From contig OZ024743.1 of assembly GCA_964016885.1 (NCBI GenBank), positions 33,666,001 through 33,730,000 on the forward strand: 64,000 bases of DNA. Direction: 5' to 3'. Origin of the DNA: Eledone cirrhosa (lineage: Eukaryota). Made by a program: the position numbers and the translations under genes. A model generated the notes under the pieces. It saw nothing but the letters and a program-made list of their open reading frames with translations, was not told where the DNA came from and made no database searches. Below are positions 41,977 through 55,120 of the stretch, piece after piece. Every line of letters begins with the position of its first letter. The stretch's first letter is position 1.

Positions 41977-43080
41977 AAATGTTGAAGCAATAAATTTACA
42001 GCAATATGAAAACTAAGAAATGGTGGGATGGTAATATGAAAGGAAAGATTTGGAAAACAATATTAGTTTGTGTCTGTAGAATGAGTGAAAGTTTTCATAG
42101 GTTTATGTTAAAAAATTAAGTCGACTTCATTTTCATTTGGGTGCATCCCATGAGGATACGGAATTGTCTGCTAAATACTGATCAATATAGAAACTGATAC
42201 ATGCATTGGCAGTGGAGCAGTTAGGCATCAAAGAAATTGAATACATCACCATTCTAGCAGGATATTTATTTTTAAAGAAATTTCACAAGAATTTACAAAT
42301 GAGACACAATTTTCAAACCACTGAAAGCATTGTTGGTTAAAGTTATTATTACAGTTTTTGTCAATAAAGGTAAAGTAAAAGATAAAAATATAACATATAT
42401 CAGTGGCTTAAACCTTTTGTTGCCATATTTCTAATAAAACATACTGCTTATGCTTTTAAAATATTTTGAAAATTAATTTTACGTAAGGAACCTAATTCCA
42501 CAGTGGTTCTTACATAAAATTATGATGGAAGGTTATTAGATGAATATAAATATTTACACTGAATTGTTTTGTATTATAGAAAAATGTTTGAAGTCATAAA
42601 GTATACGATATATATATAAACTTCGATTCATACCCAATATTGCATATATATATAGTATCATAATCTTTAAGAGTTATATAAATAAATGTGGTTTGTGATG
42701 CCTATGGTGTTTCTGAAATTCATTAGCAACATAGGTGAAATGGTGCCATTTTCAAATGGATTCTATTTATGTGAGGTTTTCCCCACCTGACAGGCACTGT
42801 GTGTGTGTGTGTCCGTTTGTGTGTCCCCGTGTGTCCTGAGTAATTCCGAAACATGTAAAGTGAATAGGGAATATATATATATGCAGACATATTTCTAAAG
42901 TGAATAGGGAATATATATGCAGGCATATTTCTTAAAGACATATTTCTATAAAACTGTTATCCGAGATAGCTTCTCAGATGATACATGTCTCTGGGCCAAT
43001 TGGTGCTCAATTGGTGAAAATGGATAACCTATTGATTTGACAGACTCTTTACAACTAATGTCCAGCTATTCTTCTTTCAT

Positions 43081-43557
43081 TAAAGTACCAGTAATGCACT
43101 GGGTAATTGCTGGCCTTGTGCCAAATGTAGAAATAATTATTTCAATTATCAATAAAATAAATAATTATCAATAAAATAAAGTACCAGTAATGTACTGGTG
43201 AATTTGCTGGCCTTGTGCCAATAGTAGAAACAATTATTTCAATTATCAATTATCCCACCAAGGTCAACTTTGTCTTTCATCCTTACGGGGTCGATAAAAT
43301 AAAGTACCAGCAATGTACTGGTTAATTGCTGGCCTTGTGCCAAAAGTAGAAACAATTATTTCAATTATCAATCAGTAGAGGATCGGACGCCATGCTTTCT
43401 AGCATAGAGTTACATCCCTTTACGGACTGAGTTCAAATCGTATCGAGGTTAACTTTGCCTTTCATCCTTACGGGGTCGATAAAATAAAGTACCAGTAATA
43501 TACTGGGTAATTGCTGGCCTTGTGCCAAAAGTAGAAACAATTATTTCAATTATCAAT
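43081..43557 (+). mobile_element. Head-to-tail stack of four 5'-truncated copies of the ~190-bp SINE
   Basis: Four 3' ends GCTGGCCTTGTGCCAA..GTAGAAA(C/T)AATTAT, each followed by TTCAATTATCAAT. Confidence 0.85.
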
Positions 43558-43980
43558 ACAATAGAAGCTTCATACTTCTTTTACACAAAAACCTACACAG
43601 CGCTAAGTAATAGTAAATTCAAGTTACTGAAATATGCATAGAAATCCACCAGTATAATAGACACAGTGTATGATCTAAGTATGGTTTATAATAAACTCAC
43701 ATTGTCTGTAACACACTAATTATAGTTTGTTTGTTTTGCTTGCATATAAAATTCTAAGGTCAAATAAAAATCTATCATTATGTAGATTAAAGAACATATA
43801 TACAACAAAATATGTAATAAGAACTTTTTAGACCATTAACCCCTTATTGAATCTTTGACCCTTCATCAACCTCAGACACACAAAAATAAATATATAAATC
43901 AGTAAACAGAATAAACAGACAATAAAGATGAATTATATATAAACCAGAAACCTTTGTAAGTCATATTTTATTTCATTATT

Positions 43981-44375
43981 TGGATTGGCAGTATCGATAG
44001 AGGGTCGGATGCCATGCTTTCCAGCATAGTTACGTCTCTTTACGATCTGAGTTCAAATCCCGCCGAGGTTGACTTTGCCTTTCATCCTTACGGAGTCGAT
44101 AAAATAAAGTACCAGTAATGCACTGGGTAATTGCTGGCCTTGTGCCTAAAGTAGAAACAATTATTTGGATTGGCAGTATCAGAAGAGGGCCGGATGCCAT
44201 GCTCTGCAGCATAGTTACGGCCCTTTATGATCTGAGTTCAAATCCCGCCGAGGTTAACTTTGCTTTTCATCCTTATGGGGTCAATAAAATAAAGTACTAG
44301 TCATGCATGCGGTCGATTTAATTGACTTACCCCTCCCCCCAAATTGCTGACCTTGTGCCTATATAAGAAATCATT
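43981..44375 (+). mobile_element. Head-to-tail dimer of the ~190-bp SINE (two subfamilies)
   Basis: Two units each starting TGGATTGGCAGTATC; the second has a longer 3' variant (TTGACTTACCCCTCCCCC). Confidence 0.85.
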
Positions 44376-44711
44376 GTTTAATTTATTTTCATTTCTTATA
44401 CAAGTGTTAGGTTTTGGTCCTAAAGTTCAATTAACCCTTGAATAGCCCCATCAACCTGAGGTTTGATATCAACTACTTAGGGGACTCCTGGCTAAACCTT
44501 TTTCTCTGTTCTCTTTTCAACTTAGATGATGACAATATATATATATTCAAATAATATATTCTTATTAATTTTCTAGAAATAGAGTAATTTACATTCTTAG
44601 AGATATTGTTCCATAATTTCCAGTGAATAGAGCAGACTTAATAAGATTTGAACTTCTATGATTATCTTGAGGTAATGTGATTAACTTGAAAAGCCTCATT
44701 GGATTTTATAC

Positions 44712-44906
44712 TTAAATCTTTAGCATTTATATTACTCTATATTTACTATTATATTTTCATGGTATTGAATCTACGAGATTTTGATATTTTTTATTTTGAG
44801 AACAATACCTTAGCATAAGTATGAATGGCTGGTTACAGCTGATTTGAACAGAAAGAGGTGAGAGAATTCTGGCTGGATACAGCCCGTTTAAATCCTAAAG
44901 GGTTAA
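44712..44906 (-). mobile_element. TTAA-ended MITE family A
   Basis: Body reversed with a small internal deletion; ends CTAAAGGGTTAA. Confidence 0.85.
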
Positions 44907-45960
44907 TATTTTGATTTATTGCATAGAATGTTGCTAATAATGTGTAAACATTTCAGGTATTCAAAACTGACAACGACTTCTTTCAGTCATTGTATTTCTG
45001 AATGCTTGTTAGAATACTGCATTTCTGCAAAATAAGATACACACAAGTATTCCAAATTAGCTTAATCGCCTATAAATTCATAAATGAACTCTTGCTCACT
45101 ATGTCTCATTATTGATAAAACTTCTTATTTATCGACAGAGGGATGGTTCTATGAACATCATCTCCTCCATTCTGCATTAAATGGAGTAATTATTAACAGA
45201 CTTTATCTAACTTAGTTTTCTATTTATTATAACTGATATAAGATTGAAGAAATTTCTCACCTATCCACATATAATTCTCCCTGTTATTGTACCAGATATA
45301 ATACCACATTAACTTAGCTACAGCTAAGTCTTAGTTTTGTAATAGCATTGTATTGTATAGCAATAGCTATTGTAATATATATGCACTGCCATCATATAAT
45401 TATTTTCTTTAAATTATTATATTCATAGGAGAAGAACATTATTTCTATAGCTTTTAGAGCTCTATCATTGAGAATAGGATATTATTGAGATATACATATA
45501 TTAATATGCATACACACAAAGCATAACCCTTTCATTACCATATTTCTAATGAAAGACACTGCCTGTGTTTTCTACTCAAGCAGGTGTTAGTCTTGTGGGT
45601 CCCATGAAAAGTTTTATGCATATTCTGGGATCCTTTTTGAAGCAATGTTTTACAACCGTTTTAGTTTCTCTTATAACATGCAGGGATTTGGTGGACTTAT
45701 TCTAAATTAATTCAGATAGGCACAGAATTCCACCAATTAACAACAGCACTAACACATTTCTAATCTTATAACTATAATTCTATTTATTTCTTCACATACA
45801 GGGCAATTTAAAAGATTTAAAAGAATTACATATCTCTACAATTGTTATTTCTTATAATGTGGAAGCAAGTTTTGATATGAATTAAAGAATATACTGTAAG
45901 ATGTCTAAGGAAAAAATATATGAACATTGGCTGCATATCAGCTGCTATTATATATTAATT

Positions 45961-46150
45961 AGGCGGTGCATTGGCAGTATCGGTAGAGAGTCGGACGCCA
46001 TGCTTTCCAGCATAGTTACGTCCCTTTACGATCTGACTTCAAATCCCGCCGAGGTTGACTTTGCCTTTCATCCTTACGGGGTCGATAAAATAAAGTACCA
46101 GTAATGCACTGGGTAATTGCTGGCCTTGTGCCTAAAGTAGAAACAATTAT
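45961..46150 (+). mobile_element. ~190-bp tRNA-like SINE (central domain resembles MetaSINE/MESC type), full length
   Basis: TGGCAGTATCGG and (G)TTCAAATCC boxes, GACTTTGCCTTTCATCCTTACGGGGTCGATAAAATAAAGTACCAG core; 14-bp TSD ATTATATATTAATT (45947-45960, 46146-46159). Confidence 0.85.
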
Positions 46151-46459
46151 ATATTAATTTAGCATCATCATCATTATTTTATACCTGTCTTCCAGGCTGG
46201 CATTGGTTGGATGTGTTGATACAATCCAAGATAAGACGTGAATAGATAACCATATCTCGCTCATGCATTCCATATTTTGTTATAGTTTATAAAGCTGGAT
46301 ACCTTTCATTACACCAATCACATGAAAAGCTGTATTGGGTTCATTTTTTAATGGCACAAGCATTTGGGAGATTACCATTAGCTTGGCCATACTGAAAAGT
46401 CATCTCTACCCTATGATATCATTATAATTCTGTGAAATTTTATTTATGGAATATATCAT

Positions 46460-46790
46460 GTAAATACAGTTTAATAGAAAGAGAAGAAAAAAAGAAAATT
46501 TAGATTGAGAAGAATGGAATGTAAAATAGGAAAACAGAATAAAAAAGAAAAAAAACCGGAAGGGGAGGAAATGGCAAGGGCTCTAGTGTCACAGAAGAAT
46601 GGGGAGGGGAAGGGGGAGGATGATTGGGCTCTGGACCTAGGGCCTGGTGGTAGAGGGGCTGCCCCTCCTCCCTCGGACAAGACCGCAAAAGCATTCATGT
46701 GGACAATGGCCAGCGACACCTGCTGCAACAGCCACCCCTACCTTGTAGGGCTCCCTCCTAAGACGGGCCGCCGATGTATCATTGTATCTC
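46460..46790 (-). mobile_element. Probable 3' end of a CRE-clade (restriction-like endonuclease) non-LTR retrotransposon
   Basis: GC-rich island translating GWLLQQVSLAIVHMNAFAVL, resembling the CRE C-terminal motif L.QRLS.AIQRGNA.A.L, followed by a pyrimidine-rich tail. Confidence 0.55.
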
Positions 46791-47286
46791 AACCACAATG
46801 ATCATTAGCATCATTATCAAGCTTAATGGCTGATTTTCTTTTAGTTACAACATATATATTATAAGTTGAATGAACTAGAATTTCTAGTAATATTGTATTT
46901 GCTAACTTTTGACTAATTACAATAGTTTGAATTAAATACTGTTCTTTGGTATTTTTTATTCGTGCTTTTTACATAGATTTTTTTTTAATCTGTAAATTCT
47001 TTTAAATCCTAAAAGCATTTTGTAATTACTGAAGCAATTATTAAAGGTCCCTATTTGAATCCAATAGTAGAATCTGTATTTTTTTAATTACTTTATGTAA
47101 TGATTACAATCTTATCAATCAACCAATATCTTTATAGATTTAGCAATGTTCACTTATATTCTCAACAGCATTGATTACAATAATATTAATGCATATTTAG
47201 GGGTCAAATCACAACTGGATAAGAAATGTACTGCATAAATAAAAGTTAAAAGCATCACAACATCCTCATATGATGCCAAATATTTG

Positions 47287-47544
47287 TAGCCCCTTTGACA
47301 TCAAACCTCATAAAACCACTCCAGTTTTTATTACATGATTCTTGTTCATTCTAAAAGCGTTGATATTTAAATTAAAACCTCCCATTAGAATTTTATGTCA
47401 GAACCTTTAAGTTATGTTCCAAACCTGAGCCTAATAATGAGAAAGTTATTTTACTAAATTTGTCCAGATTCTTCATTATATTTGAAAGTTATTGAAACAA
47501 GTTGGTGGTGTGTTTTAAAAGAAATATGGCAATGAAAGGGTTAA
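47287..47544. mobile_element. Older TTAA-ended MITE family B. Other decayed copies lie near 4369-4748, 6670-6795, 9150-9249, 16000-16492, 35537-35743, 42408-42560, 54260-54495 and 62538-63182
   Basis: Recurrent terminus AGAAATATGG(T/C)(C/A)A(C/T)(A/G)AAAGGGTTAA and a shared AT-rich interior (TTATTTTACTAAAT..TT). Confidence 0.6.
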
Positions 47545-50500
47545 TGAGGCTTCTTCATAATAAATCTTCATAATAAAGTTAAATCTAGATTCTAGCATTT
47601 TAACTATAAGTATCTTAGAGATCAGATTTAGTTCTCTGAAATAACATTATTGTTACTGGGTAGCTGTTCCTGTACAGCTATGGGTATGAAGTAAGCAACA
47701 TAAGGTTCTTTAATAATATTTTTAAAGTTGGAAATATTTTAGCATAGGGGTTTAAACAAAAACTGTAACAGAACCTAAATAAGTATATAATAAAAGAAGC
47801 TGATTGCGAGATCAGGCCAAAGAAACAATGTTTCCATTGGTCTCTCCATTGCTGGTATTATTTGCTGGTTGCAATTTCTGGCAGAAAGATCCTGCATTTG
47901 AACTCAGAATACACAGAACCAGATGAGATATTGCAAAGCATTTTATCTGATTTTTGAAATTTTGCCAATCCACCACCATCCTGGACTGATACTGTATTAA
48001 CCTTGACTATGGTTCGATTTGAACTCAGATCTGAGTGGGCTAGAACAAGTACTGAGGTATTTAATCTGATGCCCTAACAAGCTTGCCAATAAAAATAGGT
48101 TCAGTGATATAATGATACAATAGCAGAAAAAATATACAGAATTTTAGATTGTGGATTTTGCAGTCATTGTAGTTATGGGTTGTTTAAAGCAGTATGTGAA
48201 AAATAATTGTTTCTACTTTAGGCACAAGGCCAGCAATTACCCAGTATGTGAAAAATAATGAGATATAATGAGATAGCAAAATATTGAATTAGTTTGAATG
48301 ATAGACAGTTTGTTGCTCATCAAGTCTTTAATGCTGAACTATCTGAGTATAGATATATAAACAGAGATTGACACAGACCGACAGATGGACAGACTCATAG
48401 ACATACATGCTAAAGTTAGGTTAATTTAATGAAGGAACAGATAGCTGTATAGTTTCAGTCTTGTTGCCGAACATAAAATAAGGTGATGTAGCACAATGGA
48501 AATAGAATATAGAACAATTAGGTACATTTGTAGAGGGAAAACAGAAGAAATAGTAAATTGTGTTTTGGAAATCAAGAACCTGTAATTTTTTGTGTATGTT
48601 CAGTCTACAGGGAAAACATTTACTCTCCTTCTAGTTTTAAACTAGGAAGATGTCATCTATAATAATCTATGTTCTTTTTTTTATTTGTTTTCCTCTGTTT
48701 TCCATCATCTTGCTCTAAAGAGTGACATTTGTGATGTCTACCTTTTACACAAGCTACTTGTTAACTTCCTCTGTAAATAATTACTTTCTCAGCTATTCTG
48801 TATTGATTGATTATATGAAGCCAAGCCAAGTTCACCTATCTCTCTTTCTCTCTCAATCCAATAGGTACTTCAATATATTTCAAGAATTTATATTTATAAA
48901 AAAAAAAAGACAGATGTCATATTTATTTTTATGTGGCTTGAAACCAGTATCCAGTTCTTTCTACATTTATCAACTCACTTAAACATCAAGTTTACATTTA
49001 AGAGTTATTAGTTATTGATGTTCTAAACCAAAATAAATAGCAAAAAAATGAATTCTTTAGTGGGACTGAACACTCAAAAAGAACTTACAACATAAGTATT
49101 ATTCATTGTTTCAAGGATTGACTATGATCTACAATGTTACTTTTTTATGTAAAGCCACAAATTTTCCATATTTTACTCATATATATGTATATATATATAT
49201 AACTTTGTGGCATAGAGTTTCAGTATTCTTCTCCCATCGGCCAGGACTATAAGTTTCATTTATGGTGGTGGTATATGGAATAGATATACTTCCACAAGAA
49301 TTATAATACAATGGAATATTAGATACTTTTTTTTATGTTCTCTAGTTATTTTTTTTTAATTCTCAGCAAATATACTGCACTTTATCCTCTTGCAAATTTA
49401 CACTAAGTTCTGTCAAATAATTTACACCAGATTTATAAATGGATATTTAGGTTTCATGGGGATTCTTTCAGTTTAGTTTTCATAAGATGAGGATGACTTG
49501 TAAAAATATCAACAGGAGATTGACTTTTGTCAAATCAGACCGAGGAAACAATGTTTCCATTGGTTTTTCCAATTGCTAATACTATCTATTGGTCGCAACT
49601 CCAGGTAGAAGGAGCAACGTGAAATAAAGCGTCTTGCCCAAGGACATAACGCATCACCCGGTCCAGGAATTTAACTCTCAACCTCACGATTGTGAATCCA
49701 ATTCTCTAACCACTCAGCCACATACTTTCACAGAAATATATAGTTTACAAATGAGACTATAATTGCCCAACTGAGTTTGCAATTGCAAGAACATCACTAG
49801 TATACTATTTTGAAACTTGTCTGAGAACATATATTTTCGTTCTTTTTGTTCTTTAAGATTGATTAAAATTGGAAGCTTTGTATCCGAGCATTCTCTCAGC
49901 AGTATTTTGACAAATTTTATTTTCTTCTTTCCTTTCACTTCTGTCATGACGTCTTAGTTTTGTTGCTCACAACAATTGAGGTGAAAACCAGTTGCTGCAT
50001 TTCTATAAGACACTTTAAACTTTCGTCATATAATATGGAGAAAATTGTATTGCTGTATGTGCCTACCTGTCTGTATGCCAGTCTGTGCATGTTAATGTTT
50101 CACTGTTTTTATTTGTCGTTGTTTCTATTTAGGAAGATGGCAGTTTAGCTGTTTAGCTCTTCAGAAATTCAGCTAGATTTAGGTTGATTACATGCATACA
50201 CATACAAAAAGCATTTTGCTTTTACATACACAAGAATATAATCTTTATTGAAAACAAAATTACATAGTTACAAATGCTTCACCAAATGCTTCATCAAATA
50301 GTACCACATTTACGTAATAACTGCAGACTAAAATCTCATAGAAATGGTGATATTAGAGGCACAGTTGCTGCTGTAGCAGCTGATCATTTTCTGTGTATAG
50401 CATTGCTCTTCTAACGACACCAATAAGGTCTCCTTCCCAAAAGTTGCTAACATGTTGTTTCTAAGATATCTTTTTACTTTAATATATAAATACACATAAT

Positions 50501-52412
50501 CTCTCTCTCTCTCTCTCAAATTATCACAATATCCAGAACGTCACTTCACACACACTTATATAATTATCTCAACTCCCTTTTCGATTTTGCGCTCTTGCAA
50601 TTTGATTAATGTAACTACAGATTTTATATTCTCCCTTAAGATTTCATATTACACCCTCCTTCTATAGGCACCATTATAAAAAAAGAAAAAAAAAAACATA
50701 GTACTACAAAACTTATTTTCTACTTTTAATTTGGCAAATGCTTAACTGACAAATTTAGATTGCTCTCTTGTTATATTGAACATGATTACTTTACTGTAAC
50801 AGAAAACTATGTTGCTGTTTCCCATTTAAACTAATGCTTTATATATAATTACTTACGTGCCATGTGATTATGAAAAGTGTGCTAGTGTTTTATCTTAGTA
50901 ATCTTCTTTGAAATCTACTGACAAAAAGTGGTTGCCTTCCTTATGTTGGTTTCTTTCTTTATATTTTACTACTACTCATATTAAGGAATGTGTACAGCAT
51001 TGTTTTGCTGAGATAGCTTCTATGTCAGATTCAAAATAACATAGAGCCCCCAATCCTAGCTACTGATAATTTCTTCATTTATCACAAGAGATTTGATTGT
51101 AACCACCTGGGAAAAAGAATATAGCCTTTAACACCTGTGTCTTATTTAAGTCAGGAGTAAAAAAACCTCATGGGTATTGCCACTGCACTGTTACAAAATG
51201 CTTCATTTCACCGCAAGGCTTCATTTCACCGCAGTGGAACCTATTCACATTTTCTCCTTTATTCAATTCCAACACACACACAACATACATATATATATAT
51301 ATATATAAAAGAAGGAAAGAGAGAAGGGAAAAAGAAAAGGGAGGAAGAAAAAAAACAAAAAAAAACACAGTCCATGCTCTAATGTGGTCGTGTGGGTAAC
51401 ACAGTAAAAAGCTCCCAGCCCACACTGTAAATGTGGTTGGTGTTAGGAAGGGCATCCTACTGTAGAAAACCTGCCAGATAGTCCTATACGAGGGAGACAT
51501 GGTCACCCGACCAATCTTACCCATGCTAGCGTGGTACATAGACATTAAACGATGATGATGATGATAATATCAAAAACACCCATATGAGTCTTTGTATTAT
51601 TACAGTTCCAAAGGCAGCGTATGACAATCAGTAGAGTGTAGGACAGAATTTGATTACATATTTTTATGTCCTTAGTTTATATTTCGCTGAGATCAACTTT
51701 GCTTTTAATCCTTCTGGGGTTTATAATGTGGTGTGTGGGAAAATTTGGTAGTTAATTAAATGAATTACAAATCACCCCAACATGTTACTGATACCTAAGT
51801 TAAAAATATATTAAAATTTCTGACATTACTGCTGCTGTTTGATAAAGCTTTTAAAAAATCTTTGCTTTTCTATGCATTCAATAAGTTTGAAACTTATTTA
51901 GACGTAAAAAGAGGATTTACTTCAAATATTATTTACATAAGTGGTTGATGTTAAGTTAAATTTTAGAACATGAATTTGAAGTAGTTTTGAAAGTATTGTA
52001 ACAATATAATAATTTTAAATGATTAGAAGCCCAACTCAATGAGGTTCTCCACATCACAACAGAGCACACTGTGATTCGAGAAACATGATACTGCCTGCGA
52101 GACTTAAAACTGGCTCAGACTCCACCCTGTAGACCTTCCTCTTCCATTTGTAGATATCTAACTGTTAACCAACGCTAAAGAGTTCTGGCATGGGGAAAAA
52201 AAAAAAAAAAATCTTATAGCAATTTGCTAAAAATAAGTCTTTTAAGAGCTTCTAATCATTTATAATAATTAAATTTTACTAGTTTTATAAAAGAAAATAC
52301 TGCAGGTAGATTTAAGCCTCAGTAATATCAAATGAGTTGTTTGCAGTTTTTCCTTTGCTAATTTAAATCTGATTAAATACAAGGTTTTCACTGACAAATT
52401 ATTATTCTTTTT

Positions 52413-52511
52413 ATGCTGGCCTCATACACAACCATTTTCTTCTGTCAAATTGTCATGAGGATGTTACACCTGATGAAAGAGCCTTGCAACATGGAATGGC
52501 TAACACAGCAG
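52413..52511 (+). CDS. Candidate proximal alternative first exon of the sif/TIAM gene
   Basis: ATG-initiated 33 codons (MLASYTTIFFCQIVMRMLHLMKEPCNMEWLTQQ) ending CAG|GTATTG in phase 0, 250 nt upstream of the 52762 acceptor. Could be chance. Confidence 0.25.
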
Positions 52512-52761
52512 GTATTGATAGCTGTTGCCTGTAGCAGTGCTTTCACTCTCTTGTCTGCATGGTGCAGCTGAGATATAATATTCAGCCATTTCTATGGAGT
52601 TTGCCCTCTTTCTATTTATCTTCTTTTTAGTTTTCCTCTTTCCTTTTGTTATTATAGTATTGTAAACATTTTAAATTGATTTATTGTCTCATGTCATTTC
52701 TTATATTTTAAAAAATATTAATAATAACAATGTCAATTTTTCCTCTTTTTTCTTTTAACAG

Positions 52762-52865
52762 CCCTCAGATGACGAGCCAGGTGACAGTGATAGCAGCATA
52801 CATACCATGACGTCCGAGTCACAGCTATCATATGGCAAGCAGAGTGGTGCTATCCGAAAGGCAGG
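52762..52865 (+). CDS. sif: Internal coding exon of a Still life/TIAM-family Rac GEF (linker plus first residues of the N-terminal PH domain)
   Basis: Polypyrimidine tract and ttttaacAG acceptor; GG|GTAAGT donor. The 104 nt read PSDDEPGDSDSSIHTMTSESQLSYGKQSGAIRKA(G). GAIRKAG matches the G-[AT]-V-R-K-A-G start of the Sif/TIAM1 PH domain. The phase-2 end joins the next exon in frame. Confidence 0.9.
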
Positions 52866-53264
52866 GTAAGTCACATGATTAATTAGGGATTTCTGTGACC
52901 AGGACTGGCTTTAGGAGGTGTGGGGCTCCTTTAAGCATTACTTATATATTGCAATATGTTGTTATGCATCTTTGAACCCATACAAAAAAAAATTAGTCAA
53001 GCACAAGACTCATTTAGGTGTGGTGGTCCAATTAGGGGCAAGTCATAACAACAATAACTCTTGGCCATTTTCCCTTCAAAAGATGGAGTTAGCCTTACTG
53101 ACACTGTCACATACTAAGAATAAGAATTCCTATTCTAAACTGGATACACACAGAATCCTTGTGACAAAATGAGATCTATAAAAGCTTTGAAATACAGGAT
53201 AGGAGGAAAGAAACTCCTTATTGAAAATTACTTATAACTTTAGGCCTAATATGGCCACTTGGGA

Positions 53265-53556
53265 CAACATCAAGAGTGGGCACCTCCTCATTTTGCATGT
53301 ACTGTCTTTGAGTGGTTTGATACCCAATTTCCAGGACATTGAATGACCTGTAAGAAACCCTGACTTAACAGCATGTGATTTTTTTTCCCCTGTGGGGGTG
53401 GGTGAAGGAAGAATTTTATAGCTTAAAACCCAAAGTTCTGTCTCAATTGGAGGAACATATTCCTTATGTACTGACTAACATGATGAAGTCAGTTGAGGGT
53501 ATAACCAGATTATTACAAACGCTGGTGGACAATGCTGGTGCCTATGTAGAATTTTA
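53265..53556 (+). pseudogene. Tc1/mariner-superfamily transposase C-terminal remnant
   Basis: Frameshifted WAPPHFACTVFEWFDTQFPG ... PVRNPDLTACDFF/LWGWVKEEFYS.KP...LEEHI...LVDNAGAYVEF*, matching QDGAP.H and WP.RSPDLTP.DFFLWG.VK. Confidence 0.85.
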
Positions 53557-54757
53557 ACACTGTACTATATGTACTTCTATATTGTTCAAAATAAAACACA
53601 TTTTATGAAAATTGACCAATGATTAATAAAGGTATGAACAATTTCAAGCAGGTAGTTTCTTTTCTACCATTATGTGTATATAGAGAAAACAGATAATATT
53701 CATAGATTTTTTTCCATGAACATTGATGAAACAAATGAAATGGCTGCAACTGGTAATGGAAACTGTTTGCTATGGATTTACTGCAGACCCAGGAATATGC
53801 TGTAAAAATAGAGTAACAAATCTATCATTGTTTTGATTTCATAAAATGGCATCTATAATATATTTTATTAGAACTTCTTTTATCTCAGACTTCAAGAAAG
53901 TTTTTAAACCTATCGTGTGATTAAAATTTTAATTCAAAATCCTCTGTCTTCACATTTTGAAGAGCAGTGATAATATATTTTTAATCAACTTCATTTTATG
54001 AGTAAATCATAAATGCATATAATTGGAAATATTATTCTAAACTATTTATAGATTTTACACCCTCTTATGGTTTAAATATGAAGGGCTTAGTTTCCTCTGT
54101 GCCACATTTCTGTTTAATTGGAAAATGTGCAGCATTTCTAGCTATACACATTTAAATAATGCTCCTTCTATCATAAATATAATTTGTCAAATAAGAATAA
54201 TCAACTAATAGGAATTAAAACAAGAGAAGTAATCTGCATATACCACTTATTTCAGCTTAGAACTTTCTTTACCATATTTTTATAGAAAAATATTGCCTAT
54301 AATTTTGAAATCATAAGGTATCAAGAATTTGAAGGGCTATATTAATATAAATTTCTCATTATTAAGCTGGCATTCAGAGCAGTGCTTAACAAAGGTTCTT
54401 ATATAAACTTATGCTTAAAGTTTTTTTAAAGATAATTATAAGCACTTTAAAATAAACAGTTAAGAACCTGAAGTGGGTTAGTACCAAAAGGATGTAACAG
54501 ATTTTAAGTGGGTGTTGTGTTATTTTTTTCTAATCTTTTCAAAATTATTTTAAAAGATCTACTTGTAAATTAAAAGCCACCTAGTGCACATACCTCAGAA
54601 AGGTGCATTACTAAACTTTAAAGGGTCATAGTTTTATACAAATTTGTATAATTAAATTAAAATATATAATTTAGTGCAATAAATAAATGCCTCTGCAGCA
54701 TTGTGAAATATCCAAATACTTTGGATATTTCACAATGGTACAGAGGCTTATATGATA

Positions 54758-55120
54758 CTTGACTACCTGTGACTCGTTGAGTCACCAATAGTTCAAGGTA
54801 CCCGAAAACAACGCGTATCTCGGGAACCCTGTGGTCTGATTTATGCAAAACTTGTTTTATTCCATTTATATTCCGATTTCAGGGTTATGTTACTTTCGAA
54901 GTATTTTTCCATTATGCACCATTTTGGCTATTTATTAAGGTACCCAGAAAACCCCATATCTTGGAAACCCATGCTCCAATTTACGCAAAACTTGCTTTAT
55001 TCCATTTGTATTCTTATTTCAGGGTCAACTTCCTTTCAAAGTATTTTCCCATTATGCGCCCTTTTGGCTGTATTACATTACAGACAAGCAAGCAAGCAAT
55101 CAGTGTTTTAGTAGTATATA
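54758..55120 (-). mobile_element. Short non-autonomous Helitron-like element with two ~140-bp internal repeats
   Basis: Minus-strand 5' TATATACTACTAAAACAC plus (GCTT)n/GTCTGT; 3' hairpin GTGACTC-aac-GAGTCAC about 7 nt before a degenerate CAAG|T end; diverged tandem units start AAGGTACCC at about 54796 and 54937. Confidence 0.6.

Noticed and set aside
42855-42950. Small local tandem duplications (also 24071-24117, 25661-25750, 51200-51234)
   Set aside because: Ordinary slippage-type duplications with no sign of function.
43081-43557. CRISPR-like repeat-spacer appearance
   Set aside because: The 'spacers' are mutually homologous SINE 3' fragments, the context is eukaryotic, and there are no cas genes.
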